Positions 47,914-60,055 of a DNA stretch of 64,000 bases are shown here, one piece after another. The notes under the pieces are model-generated. The model did no database searches, was not told where the DNA came from, and saw only the letters and a program-made list of their open reading frames with translations. This stretch comes from Mobula hypostoma (lineage: Eukaryota): the NCBI RefSeq assembly GCF_963921235.1, contig NC_086107.1:96350001-96414000 (forward strand), read 5' to 3'. The translations under genes and the position numbers were made by a program. How positions within the stretch are numbered: the stretch's first letter is position 1; each line of letters begins with the position of its first letter.

Positions 47914-49045
47914 AGGTCCCACACAGGAGATTAGTGTGCAAACTTAAAACACATGGTATTGGGGGTACGGTATTGATGTGGATAGAGAATTGGTTGGCAG
48001 ACAGGAAGCAAAGAGTGGGAATAAACGGGACCTTTTCAGAATGGCAGGCAGTGACTAGTGGGGTACCGCAAGGCTCAGCGCTGGGACCCCAGTTGTTTAC
48101 AATATATATTAATGACTTAGACAAGGGAATTAAATGCAGCATCTCCAAGTTTGCGGATGACACGAAGCTAGGCGGCAGTGTTAGCTGTGAGGAGGATGTC
48201 AAGGGGATGCAGGGTGACTTGGATAGGTTAGGTGAGTGGGCAAATTCATGGCAGATGCAATTTAATGTGGATAAATGTGAGGTTATCCACTTTTGTGGCA
48301 AGATCAGGAAAACAGATTATCTGAAGGGTAACAGATTATCTGAAGGGTGGCCGATTAGGAAAAGGGGAGGTGCAACAAGACCTGGGCGTCATTGTACACC
48401 AGTCATTGAAAGTGGGCATGCAGGTACAGCAGGCAGTGAAAAAGGCGAATGGTATGCTGGCATTCATAGCAAGAGGATTCAAGTACAGGAGCAGGGAGGT
48501 ACTACTGCAATTGTACAAGGCCTTGGTGAGACCACACTTGGGGTATTGTGTGCAGTTTTGGTCCCCTAATCTGAGGAAAGACATCCTTGCCATAGAGGGA
48601 GTACAAAGAAGGTTCACCAGATTGATTCCTGAGATGGCAGGACTTTCATATGATGAAAGACTGGATCGACTAGGCTTATATTCTCTAGAATTTAGAAGAC
48701 TGAGGGGGGATCTTATTGAAACGTATAAAATTGCGAAGGGATAGTCCTGATGTTGGGGAAGTCCAGAACCAGGGGTCACAGTTTGAGGATAAAGGGGACG
48801 CCTTTTAGGACAGAGAGCGGTGAATCTGTGGAATTCTCTGCCACAGGAAACAGTTGAGGCCAGTTCATCGGCTATATTTAAGAGAGAGTTAGTTATGGCC
48901 CTTATGGCTAAAGGGATCGGGGGGTATGGAGAGAAGGCAGGTACAGGGTTCTGAGTTGGATGATCAGCCATGATCGTACTGAATGGCGGTGCAGGCTTGA
49001 AGGGCCAAATGGCCTACTCCTGTACCTATTTTCTATGTTTTCTAT
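47914..49045 (+). mobile_element. CR1 RT to 3' tail
   Basis: SGVPQGSALGP, FADDTK and LVRPHLGYCVQFWSP; tail TTCTATGTTTTCTAT. Confidence 0.9.
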
Positions 49046-49574
49046 CTGTTTTGGAATTGTGAATATGTTGAAATTTATTGGGTTGATGTTTGTCAATTTA
49101 TAGATCAATATATTAATGTGGATTTTACTTTTTGTTTTGAAAATATTTTATTTGGGTTTACTAATAATACCAAATTTCATAGGGATCATGTCTTTATCAT
49201 AAATCTTTTGTTAATTTACAGTAAATTATATCTCCATAAATGCAAATACAGCATTAAGAAACCTTCATTTATTTTTTTTATGTTAGACTTAAAATTATAC
49301 ATTAGTACTCTGAAAACTTCCGATAACCAGAAAGCTGTAAAGACCGTACAAATTTGTCAATGTTTCAGGTTATTTCTATAAGTGTTTTCATTTTGTGACT
49401 CCCTTCAGATATAGTTCCTTCTGTTCAGCAGTATTTAGAGTGGATTTTCTTATTTGTTTGTATATTTAAAGTTAATAGATATATATTTTTTGCTGCTTAT
49501 GTATGATTCCCTGGCTTTGTTAGCATATGTTCAGTGATTTTGTTTTTATTTAATAAAAATTAACAAAATATTTT

Positions 49575-51287
49575 TTAAAAAGACCACCGTATCCAGTGGG
49601 AAGCGAAGTGAGAGGCAGCAGAGTGATGGGGCTTTGGCTCAACAGGCTTAATCGGTAACGGGATGAGGCGAGGTAGGTTTACCCGTGTTAGTTGCAGAAA
49701 GGAGGTAGCATGAGTGTGAGGCCAGTTTTCTGTGCTCAGTGCCAAATGTGGGGGGTTCCGGGAGTCTCCCAGCCTCCTGGACAGCCATATCTGCACCAGG
49801 TGTGTCGAGCTGCATCTCCTAAGGGACCAAGTTAGGGAACTGGAGATGCAGCTCAATGGCCTTCTCCTGGTCGGGGAGAGCGAGGAGGTGATAGAAAGGA
49901 GTTATAGGCAGGTGGTCACACCAGGGCCACAGGAGACAGACAGGTGGGTCACAGTCTGGGTGAGGGGGGGGAAGAGTTAGATACTAGAGAGTACACCTGT
50001 GGCTGTACCCCTTGACAACAGGTACTCCTGTTTGAGTACTGTTGGGGGTTGGTGGGGGACAGTCTACCTGGGGGAAGAGGCAGTGGCTGTCTCTCTGGCA
50101 CAAAGTCTGGCCCTGTCACTCAGAAGGGTAGGGAAGGGGAGAGGAAGGCAGTAGTGATAGAGGACTCTATAGTTAGGGGGACAGACAGGCGATTCTGTGG
50201 ACACAGGAAAAACTCGGATGGTAGTTTGCCTCCCAGTTGCCAGGGTCCAGGGTGTTTCGAATCGCATCCAAGATATCCTGCGGTGGGAGGGTGAACAGCC
50301 AGAGGTCATGGTACATACTGGTAGCAATGACATAGGTAGGAAAAGGAAAGAGGTCCTTAAAAAAGACTACAGGGAGTTAGGAAGGAAGTTTAGAAGCAGG
50401 ACTGCAAAGGTAATAATCTCGGCATTACTGCCTGTGCCACACCACAGTGAGTATAGGAATAGAATGAGTTGGAGGATAAATGCGTGGCTGAGGGATTGCA
50501 GCAGGAGGCAGGGATTCAGATTTCTGGATCATTGGGACCTCTTTGGGGGCAGGTGTGATCTGTACAAAAAGAACAGGTTGCACTTGAATCCCAGGGGGAT
50601 CAATATCCTGGCGGGGAGGTCTGCTAAGGCTACTGGGGAGAGTTTAAACCAGAATTGTTTGGGTGGGGGGGGGGCTGGGAACTGAACTGAAGAGACTGGG
50701 GAAGAGGTGGTTGGCTCACAAATAGAGAAAGCTTGTAGACAGTGCGACAGGGAGGATAGGGAGGATAGGGAGGTGATAGAGAAGGAACATGCTCAGACCG
50801 AAGGTTTGAAATGTGTCTATTTTAATGCAAGGAATGTTGTGAACAAAGCGGATGAGCTTAGAACGTGGATCAGTACTTGGAGATATGATATGGTGGCCAT
50901 TACAGAGACTTGGATGGCTCAGGGACAGGAATGGTTACTTCAAGTGCCAGGTTTTAGATGTTTCAGAAAGGACAGAGGGAGGCAAAAGAGGTGGGGCGTG
51001 GCACTGTTGATCGGAGATAGTGTCTCGGCTGCAGACAAGGTGGACGCCATGGAGGCATTTTCTACTGAGTCTCTGTGGGTGGAGGTTAGGAACAGGAAGG
51101 GGTCAATAACTTTACTGGGTATTTTTTATAGGCCACCCAATAGTAACAGGGATATCGAGGAACAGATAGGGAAACAGATTCTGGAAAGGTGTAATAATAA
51201 GAGTTGTCGTGATGGGAGATTTTAATCTCCCAAATATCAATTGGCATCTCCCTAGAGCGAGGGGTTTAGATGGGGTGGAGTTTGTCC
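49575..51287 (+). mobile_element. CR1 5' part (ORF1 esterase + EN), decayed
   Basis: HICTRC, EDSIVRG, HTGSND; YFNARNV, AITETW, FYRPPNS. Confidence 0.88.
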
Positions 51288-51469
51288 CGGTGAGAGAGCA
51301 AAAGTGCTTAGAGTGTAACATGTCCCCAATGTCCATTCTTGTGAAGGGTTCTCAGTAATGCTAACTGTAATGTTAACTGTTAAGGCTAACGAAATGGCTT
51401 CTCTGTTGTGTTATAATGAAATGGCTTCTCTGTAATGTTACCTCATGATGTAATGGGTCTCTGTAGCTT

Positions 51470-51853
51470 AGTGGTCACCAACCGGTCGATCTTTGAGACT
51501 TTCCCAGTAGATCCCAAAAAAAAAGAAAAAGAAATACACAAATACATTATCCCTGATAAACCTTTTCATGCAAATACATAGTGACTTCTACTTTGAAAAA
51601 GGACCACTCGCAACTTCATGCCCAAAAGGAACAACTTTATCTAGGACAGTTAAACGAAATTCATATACATGCATGCGCACCAGGCAGAAAAGGACGGAAC
51701 TAAAACCCGCAACCTCGGAAACAATCTCGCCTTGCAAACAGCTTTCCGTAGCGGGAATATTGCTATATTACCATTATCCTGGGCTGGGAAGGTCGTGGAC
51801 TTTTCTCATGTAATGACACTGGTGGTCAAACTGATAAACTTGATTCGAGCTTA
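51470..51853 (+). mobile_element. hAT non-autonomous fragment
   Basis: AGTGGTCACCAACCGGTCGATC TIR-like start; HVMTLVVKLINLIRA resembles the hAT transposase segment at about 1265-1310. Confidence 0.55.
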
Positions 51854-52001
51854 GTTAAAGGTTTTGATTCAGAGCAAGAAGGCTGCGAGTGAATGGCTGA
51901 TTTTTCGGACCGAAGGGAGTTTTTTTTTAACTACTTGAGGTAGAGAGGCGAGACTGCGCAGGCGCGCGACGTCAGCCAGTAGCGCACGAAAGGTTTAAAA
52001 A

Positions 52002-53065
52002 GATGGCACCCAGTGAAGTCGCAAGTTTTTATGCTTAAGATAATTTGTTGATTTTCATCTCAAATGTTTAATAATATGTCACAATCCCGGTCCGGCGTCG
52101 TCCAACACTTGATCGTTTACCAGTTTTTGAAGTTTTCTTTGGCTTTGGAAGACATATTTTGTGTTTTTTATTGTTGCATGGTGGATGATACCACATGTTC
52201 CTAGAAGTTTTAATGCCTTCAAGAAGGTGCAGTCCTCCCCTGAAAATATGGAGTTTGGAGTGCCTTTGGAAAAGTCTCGTGCTGCTGCTTCGGAACAGGA
52301 GCAGTTATTCCCAGCTTCAAAACCCAGAGGACGACCCCAGCCTGGAGCCTTTACTTGAGTCAGACCTAGACACTCCGGTGAAGATTACTGTTAAAAAGAA
52401 GAAAGGTCACTTTACAAACTATACTGCAGTTTGTAAAGTTAATTAAGCGCAGTTAGTTAACGATAGATCCGATGATCTGGCACTGAGAATTGGCAACAAT
52501 AGAAGTAGCATCAAATCCCTCGACTTTATTTTTGAAGAGGTGATCACCCCGAAGTCTGATGGTGTGCAGATCAAAGGGACTTGCACGGACCACGGGAAGA
52601 GAATTGAGACTTTGAAGCTGAGGCTGAATGAGGCCGAGTGTTATCAGAGAAGGTGGAATCTGAGAACCCACGGCATTCCAGAGCAAACGGATGAAGATAT
52701 TGAAACTAAAGTAAATCAAATATGCCAAGCAGTAGCTCCGGAGGCCAAGGAGGAGATTCTACTATATGTGGATGTTGTATATCCGCTCGGTTGGATAAGA
52801 GGATAAGAAACTTCAGGTGACCATTATTCGATTTTCAAACAAAACTACGAGGTATCTGGTATGGAAACAAGCCAGATAACATTTATACCTGCTCTCACAG
52901 AGCCTGAAGATCGCCGTGGATCTGACTGTAGCTGATAAGTTGGCCCCACAGAAGCTGTCGCCGAAGGTGGAGGCTGCTAGAAAAGATGGGAAGCGTGCTT
53001 TCTTTGCTGGGACCTGAGCTTTCATTGATGGAAAAGAGATACAAGCAGAACGGTAACATGCTGGT
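52002..53065 (+). mobile_element. LINE 5' part with L1-type ORF1 remnant
   Basis: LNEAECYQRRWNLRTHGIPE..EDIETKV ORF1-like motif (52540..52806). Confidence 0.6.
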
Positions 53066-53067
53066 GT

Positions 53068-53365
53068 TGATTGCAGAGAGACATTGATAGGATGGAGAAG
53101 TGGGCTGAGAAATGGCAGATGGAGTTCAACCCAGAGAAGTGTGAGGTGGTACACTTTGGAAGGACAAACTCCAAGGCAGAGTACAAAGTAAATGGCACGA
53201 TACTTGGTAGTGTGGAGGAGCAGAGGGATCTGGGGGTACATGTCCACAGATCCCTGAAAGTTGCCTCACAGGTAGATAGGGTAGTTAAGAAAGCTTATGG
53301 GGTGTTAGCTTTCTTAAGTCGAGGGATAGAGTTTAAGAGTCCCGAGGTAATGATGCAGCTCTATA
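53068..53365 (+). mobile_element. CR1 RT fragment, same subfamily as 20140-20435
   Basis: QRDIDRMEKWAEKWQMEFNPEKCEVVHFG; nucleotide sequence nearly identical to the 20140-20435 region. Confidence 0.88.
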
Positions 53366-53629
53366 TTAGAAAATTATTTCTTTCAACAAACGAACGAAAA
53401 GAAACTGCACATCCACAAAAACCACAACCATAGCAAAATCAAATTAAATATTGAGCAGCAAGAGAGAGAAAAATATAAAGGCATAAGTAAACATATACAG
53501 CAGATCTGCACCGCACCAAAAAACCTCAGTCCTCACCCCATAAGAAAGCAAATACAAGGCCCCATATCCTTTCAAAAATATGCCCTATGTCCTCATTACA
53601 TAGTCTAGTCTCTCCAAATGTAAATGTAA

Positions 53630-54410
53630 TTCTCCAAAGGACTACAATACCCTTCAACAAGACATTAACTCGCTGTATAAGTGGAAGACTCCTCCTGGCA
53701 GATGAAATTTAACATCTCAAAAGTGCTACATTATGAGAATGACCCACAAGAAAAATTTTCACCACCATCAGTACTTCATGGAAAACGTTGCACTCCAGGA
53801 TGTAAAACATCACCCCTACTTGGGCAGTGAACTGTCAGATAACCTTAACTGGGTAAAACACATCAACCAAACCATTTCAAGTTCCAATAAAATCCTTAGC
53901 CTTCTGCGGCGTAGCTTCTGGAATTGCTCAAAAACCACAAAAGAAATTGTTTATAAAACTCTCGTCCATCCAAGACTTGAATACAGTCGTGCCATTTGGG
54001 ATCCCTACCAAACCATTCACATCAATAACCTTAGGAAAGTCCAGAGAAGAGCTGCCAGGTTTATAACCAGTGATTGCAGAAAGACCAGTAGTGTTACAGA
54101 TAGGCTCCTTGACCTCAAATGGGATACCCTCCAAAGAGGCCGCACAATAGCCAGGCTTACTACAGTTTACAAGGAAACTCATTCATTAACTCCATCCAAC
54201 ATTAGTCACCTTTTGTGCACCTGGAATAACAGACCAGTAACCCAACAAAACCAATCCCTGAAGTACAAGACCATTCAGACCAACAAGGACTGCTACTGCT
54301 ACTCACTCTACCCTAGGACCATTCCAGTTTGGAACTCCCTGCCACCACACATTAAATCTGCCGCTGACAGTAAAACTTTCAAGTCGCTGCTCTTAAACAG
54401 TGCAATTTAA
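53630..54410 (+). mobile_element. CR1/Crack/L2-superfamily LINE, RT C-terminal part
   Basis: ORF 53733..54410 YLGSELSDNLNW, YKTLVHPRLEY, VQRRAARF and SLYPRTIPVWNSLP. Confidence 0.75.
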
Positions 54411-54414
54411 ATTA

Positions 54415-54988
54415 CAACTGCATGCATGAGGGACTGCACGTTCATAGCCCAGCAGCGGCAGCTGGTGCAGTAGGGACAAGGCAAGACAAGACACCAGTGG
54501 TACTCTGCCGACGACGAATGCCCAACATATGAGCACCTGACAGACGCTGAGATCGTCCGTAACATAACTATAGCACCGGTGGAGGTAAGTGTACCAGTTC
54601 TCGAGCCACAAGAAGATGATAATGAAGAGCCTCCAATCCCACCCCCGAAAGTGTCTGAAGCCATTGAACACCTTGAGGCTAGCCTCCGTTGGCTGGAGAC
54701 CCAGGAGGTAGACCACATAAAAAACCTCTAACTCAGAAGCATTCTAGATTTCGCCTGCAGCCAGCGACATGCTACGTTCAAGCAAGAAACACGATCAATT
54801 TTTTAATAAACTGTAAATGATGATTTAATATTCTTGAATGTTTTTATTTGTGTATTAAATAGCTTTACTAAAAATTAATCTGTGCTTCAATTTCTACAGT
54901 AACAAGAACCCTGATTTAGCGCAACCCCACTTTTTTTGCAATGACATTTTATGGACCCAAATGATCGCATTTTAACGGGGTTTCACTG
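54415..54988 (+). mobile_element. pogo/Tigger-like 3' end
   Basis: Acidic-tail remnant DDECPTYEHLTDAEIV; terminus TTAACGGGGTTTCACTG followed by TA. Confidence 0.6.
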
Positions 54989-54989
54989 T

Positions 54990-55090
54990 ATATGTCACAC
55001 CCAATCTGTGTACCTGCTCATTCCATGAATGGGGCAAGGAAGTTGCTCAGTACATGAAATAAGCAGGTACACAAATTGGGTGTGACATAT
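54990..55090. repeat. Short fold-back (MITE-like), about 38-bp arms
   Basis: ATATGTCACACCCAATCTGTGTACCTGCT..CATG and CATG..AGCAGGTACACAAATTGGGTGTGACATAT. Confidence 0.8.
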
Positions 55091-55159
55091 AAATAGAGAG
55101 GACATAGGAAATGGCAAGCTTTTAGTCAGCTCTGGCACCTAAAAAATTAGCACTGCACC

Positions 55160-55627
55160 CCTGCTAGGAAGGGGTAGCACCTCTGGTAGGGGGGGGCCTG
55201 CCGTGGCCTTTTCAGGACAGCTCGTCCACCTTTGGTCCCCACCTGTGGCTCTGCTCTCACCTGTGTGGCCACACCCCGGTAAACCGCCTCAGCAGACGGG
55301 CCAAACCAGGTGAGGGTAGCCGATGGGTCTTCGACCCTCGGTGAGGTGGGGGATCGGTCTATCCCAGCGTGTGAAGTCTGGCCCTCGCAGACTGAGCGGA
55401 GGAGACCGATTAATGGACCAACGGTCAAGAAGGCAGGCCCAGCAGGTGTTGTGGAGCGCTAAGAGCAGGAGAAGACACTTAGATGTCCTGGTCATCCACT
55501 GTAGCAGGAGAGGTCTCCAGCCATTATGGTTGTCTGTGCCACTGGATCAAGGTCTCTTCAGCCGAGAGAGCCGGATTGCCCTGCGCAATGGCTGTTCCAC
55601 TTAAAACTCCATCACGCACAGGTTTCT
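55160..55627 (+). mobile_element. Probable RTE-type LINE 5'UTR
   Basis: GC-rich, structured (CTCTCACCTG/CAGGTGAGGG); resembles RTE 5' regions by recall only. Confidence 0.4.
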
Positions 55628-55712
55628 GTTACTCAACTCGTAACTGCACAACAGCGCATCTTCTTCAAATTCAAACAACTACCAACATGTTATATTCTAC
55701 TCCTTCAGTTCC

Positions 55713-56370
55713 ATATGGTTAATAATAACATTTCATCTCGGAGACAAACTGTTGCTCTGTTAAATTAGTGAGTTGGAATGTTAAATCTCCTAATCACCCT
55801 GTAAAATGAAAAAAGGTATTTACTCATTTGAAATGCCTTAAAACTAATATAGCATCCCTACAGGAGACCCACTTGCGTATCTCTGATCATTGTTGACTAA
55901 GAGGGGGATGGGTTGGTCAAATATTTCACTCTAATTTTAATTCAAAGGCCAGAGGAGCAGCTATAACAACTAGTAAAAATACACAGTTCGTGGCAACGAG
56001 TGTTGAACCTGATCCAGCAGGACGGTTTTTAATTGTAACTGGGCGGCTATATGGGCTGCCCGTTATTCTTGCCAATGTTTATGCACCGAACTGGGATGAC
56101 CATATGTTCTTTTAGTGATTTCTTCACCAAGTGGCCAAACATGGTCACACATAAGCTCATCCTCGGAGGCAATTTTAATTGCCCTCTCTTCAATTTTGGA
56201 CTGAAGTGCTGCAAGGATTGTCCCTATCTCTAGGTCAGCACAGTTTATCAGACATTTTCTTAAAACGTATGGAGTGGCTGATGTAAGGCGGTTTCATAAC
56301 CCTACATCTCGGAGTTACTCTTTTTTTTCTCCTCAGTACACGGTTCCTATTCACGTATAGATTTTTTTTT
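55713..56370 (+). mobile_element. L1 ORF2 endonuclease fragment
   Basis: SWNV, LQETHL, SKARG, DPAGRF, NVYAPN, GGNFN and SRID motifs, frameshifted. Confidence 0.8.
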
Positions 56371-56384
56371 TATGCACACATCCC

Positions 56385-57780
56385 CCAAGATATATGAGCC
56401 AACATTGTCACACTGTACAAAAACAAGGGCAACTGTAGTGATTGTAACAACTACTGTGGCATCTCTCTCCTTGGTATTGCAGGGCAAGTGTTCGCCCATG
56501 TCGTCTTGGCACGACTTCAGAACCTTGCATCCAGAGTCTACCCAGAGTCCCAGTGCGGCTTCAGAGGTGGCTGGTCTACAGTGGACATGATCTTCTCACT
56601 GCTCCAGCTGCAGAAGTGTCGCGAGCTGCAGAAGCCGCTGTACACAGCCTTCTTTGATCTGACAAAAGCACTTGACCTTGTCAGAAGTGGACTCCTGAAA
56701 CTCCTGCTAAAGACTGGCTGCCCCTGAAGACGGAGCAGCATTATATTATTCTACAAGGACACGCACAGCACTGTCTGCTTCAATGGAGAAGTTTCTGATG
56801 CCTTTCCAGTGAGCAGCAGGGTGAAACAAGGTTGTGTCCTGGCACCAAACCTCTCCAGAATCTTCTTCTGCATGCTCTCGCAGACTGCACTGAAGGCACC
56901 TACCTTCGCAGCACAAGAGATGATGACAAGCTCTTCAACATCGCTCACTTGTGCTCCAAATCCAAAGTTAGGACAGCCCTCATCCACCAGATGCGGTTTG
57001 TAAATGCTGCAGCATTGATGTCACACACTAAAGGTGGACTCCAACTGATTAACCGCTTCGCCACGCCTGCAAGGAGTTTGGGTGGTAACCATCAGACTCA
57101 AGATGACAAATGTCATGGCCCAGGGCGCAGAATCTCCTCCAAACATCACCATTGATGGTTGTTCTCTTGTAGTTGATTTCTTCACCCATCTTAGGTCGAC
57201 CATCACCAGCTCCCTGTCCCTCAAAGCAGAGCTGAACAGCGGGATTGATTGCCAAAGCTTCAGCTGTCTGGCCAGGCTGAACAAGAGAGTGTGGAACAGA
57301 CAGCTGACCAAGAACACCAAGCTGCGTGTGTACCACAGATGCCTCAGATGGCTGTCCATGTCAAATGGATGGACCAGGGATGCATTCCCAAGGACGTGTT
57401 GCATGGCCAGCTGAGTGAAGGTTACCGCCAACAAGGAAGACCATGTCTCCGCTACAGGGACGTCTGCAATTGTGACATGAAGCTGGCAGGCATCGACCTC
57501 AAACACATGGGAGGAAGCAGCTGAAGACCAGCCAGCATGGCTGGCCACAGTCAAAAGCCGTGTACAACGAGCTGAAATAGCATGGACCAAGACGTTCATC
57601 AAAGAGCCAGAAGAAAAGCCAGAGCTTCATCACCCAGAGCACCTTCCTCCTCCACCTGCAGCCACTATGAAAGAGACCGTCACTTTAGAGTGGGGCTGTA
57701 CAGCAACTCAAGAAAGTGCAAGCAACCATCAGAAAAAGTGCCACACCATCGTCTCTCGGATGCCGCCGCTGCTGACAGTG
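56385..57780 (+). mobile_element. RTE LINE RT to 3' end (copy 2)
   Basis: YPESQCGFRGGWSTVDMIFSLLQLQ; shares deletions and lesions with 4071..5318. Confidence 0.88.
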
Positions 57781-58080
57781 TTCTCATGAAATGATAAAGG
57801 CGGGAATGTGGAAATATCTGTAACCCTTAAGTCTTTATTAATTTGTAACTTTTGTAAAATGTAATGAAAATGGGTCTATGAAATTCAAATGATCTTTGCT
57901 GGTTTGGGTTAGCTAACTTGCAACTGTTTGTGTTATTTGGGAACAAACTTGATGACAGGCAATTGTTTTATGACTAGAGAGGATGTTTGATAACAATGGA
58001 AATAAGATGAATCTTCTAAAGATCAAATGTGTGAACGAGGTAAGGATGAAGATAACGAAAGGAATGTAATGTTATGGAAT
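57781..58080 (+). repeat. LTR-like segment duplicated from 5321-5390 plus 6055-6282
   Basis: Direct sequence match, e.g. GTAAAATGTAATGAAAATGGGTCTATGAAATTCAAATGATC. Confidence 0.8.
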
Positions 58081-58535
58081 GAGGCAACACCTCACATACC
58101 GCAACACACATAAAAGTTGCTGGTGAACGCAGCAGGCCAGGCAGCATCTCTAGGAAGAGGTACAGTCGACGCTTTGGGCCGAGACCCTTTGCCGGGACGA
58201 AGCGTCGACTGTACCTCTTCCTCGAGATGCTGCCTGGCCTGCTGCGTTCACCAGTAACTTTTCTGTGTGTTGCTTGAAATTCCAGCATCTGCAGATTTCC
58301 TCGTATTTGCAACCTCATATACCGTCTGGGATGTCTCCAGACCCTTGGTATGAACACTGAATTCTCCAACTTCCAGTAATTCCCTCCCCCTCTCTTCTCC
58401 CATCCCAGTTTCACTCTTCCCCCTCCTCTAGCTGCCTATCACCTCCCTCATGGTTCTGCCTCCTTCCATTACCCATTGTGCTTTCCTCTATTCCTTCTTC
58501 ACCTTTCCTGCCTATCAGCTCCCTGCATCCCCACT
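58081..58535 (+). mobile_element. Penelope-like 3' fragment containing a second, inverted-head Penelope pLTR insertion (58101..58311)
   Basis: QHLIYRLG..GMNTEFSNF matches the GIY-YIG C-terminus at about 44540; insert flanked by ACCTCACATACC/ACCTCATATACC; arms 58101..58174 and 58200..58273. Confidence 0.8.
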
Positions 58536-58550
58536 GTGGTAAACCATGTA

Positions 58551-60055
58551 CAGGTGTCCCCCGCTTTTCGAACGTTCGCTTTACGAAACCTCATTGTTAC
58601 GAAAGACCTACATTAGTACCGTTTTCACTGTTACGAAAAAAATTCAGCGCGCGATAAAAAGCAGCGCGAGCCCCGAGCAGCCACTCTCCCCGGATTCGGA
58701 ACGGTATTCTCGCCGGCATTGCTTTAACATGAGCCTGTGAGCAGTCGTTTGCAAGATGAGTTCTATGATGTTGGAAAAGCCTGAAAGAGCTTGTAAGGGT
58801 GTTACACTTAGTGTAAAACTAGACATAATTGTTTCGATCATGGTGAATGAAGTCAGGACAGAGTGAGTTTGGCTTGTGGAAGCTGACGAAGATGATGTTG
58901 AAGAGGTTTTGCATCCCATGACCAAGAACTGATAGATGAAGAGCTGATGCAATTAGAAGAGGAAAGGATAACAATCGAAATCGAATAAGTAATGATAAAG
59001 TACGACTTTAATTTTAAAAGGGTATGTAGGTTTAGGGGATATTTGCAAGATTCTTTGAGTCCTTACAAAGAACTGTATCACAGAAAAATGCACGAGGCTC
59101 AGCAGCCAAGCAAGCCTTCCACATCAGCCACAGCAGACGACGAACCTCGACCTTCAACATCGAGGCGGGCAGTCATAGGAGAAGATGAGCTGCCTGCTCT
59201 AATGGAAACAGACCACGAGATGACACCCCAGTGTCCCACCACCCCAACACCCAGGCCACGGACAGATACTGTACCGATTCGCGGAGAATGCAGCGATAGC
59301 CGGGAGGCACACAGCACATCTTTAAGAAAAAAGCCAAAATAAACATGCTAATTAGGTGCCGACCCACACGTAACTGTCGGCCCAGATCAGAGGCGATGCA
59401 ATCGGCAATGGGCACTGATCTGGGCCAACAATTACGTGTCAGGTAGCACGTAATTAACTAGCATGTTTATTTCGGCTTTTTTCTTAAAGATGTGCTGTGT
59501 GCCTCCCGGCTACCACTGGACCCCTGCATGCTTCGCGGCAATGTATCGGTTGGTGGCCCGGAGGGTGGGGGCCACTGCACCACCCAACCTGAGACGACTC
59601 AGTCTAACACAGCATCATCAGTGTGCTCTGCGCTGTCCTGATTCCGCTAAGTGATACTACACTGTACATATATTATTTCTACTTTATATCGGCTGTGTAT
59701 TTTTACGTGTTTTTGGTATGATTTGGCAGCTTCATAATTTAAAGGTTACCGTACAGCATGTTCTCGCCAACAACGCTTGCGTGAGATTTTCTGCCGACGG
59801 TGCTTGCGTGAGATTTTTGCGACGGAGAGCAGTGCAGTAATGATTGTGGAAAAGTATCTCTACTTTATATAGCCTGTGTATTTATCATATCATTCCTGCT
59901 TTTATTATATGTTACTGTTATTTTAGATTTTGTGTGTTATTTGGCATGATTTGGTAGGTTATTTTTGGGTCTGCGAACGCTCACAAAGTTTTCCCATATA
60001 AATAAATGGTAATTGCTTCTTTGCTTTACGACATTTCGGCTTACGAACCGTTTCA
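58551..60055 (+). mobile_element. Internally deleted Tigger of the same family as 22747..25476
   Basis: TA followed by identical left end CAGGTGTCCCCCGCTTTTCGAACGTTCGC; DDE domain deleted; matching C-terminus and 3'UTR; right TIR lost. Confidence 0.9.
59245..59577. mobile_element. Palindromic hAT-type MITE inside the Tigger derivative
   Basis: 8-bp TSD CACCACCC; right end GGGGGCCACTG; long inverted repeat spanning 59297..59512. Confidence 0.7.

Larger units (their letters stand above)
29600..49569 (+). mobile_element. Tx1/L1-clade LINE ORF2 scattered by nested insertions (pieces 29600-29714, 30684-30767, 41575-44156, 44996-45475, 49046-49569)
   Basis: IQESH..L|WKSQWG..SAGVLIL EN; GGDFN, RLDYW, KSPG and DFYKAFD RT motifs; C-terminus IINLLLIYSKLYLHKCK; AATAAA at about 49552; reading resumes after each TSD. 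Confidence 0.8.

Noticed and set aside
53366..53625. A-rich segment as unique host DNA or exon
   Set aside because: No ORF or clear splice structure; composition suggests an inverted L1 spacer/UTR, but it cannot be assigned
55185..55330. HDV-like ribozyme in the putative RTE 5'UTR
   Set aside because: A hairpin (CTCTCACCTG/CAGGTGAGGG) is present, but I could not build a P3/L3/P1.1 nested pseudoknot by eye; it needs an RNArobo or Infernal search
58165..58198. Second active hammerhead on the - strand
   Set aside because: Core is mutated (CCGGCAA and AAAG instead of CTGANGA and GAAA)
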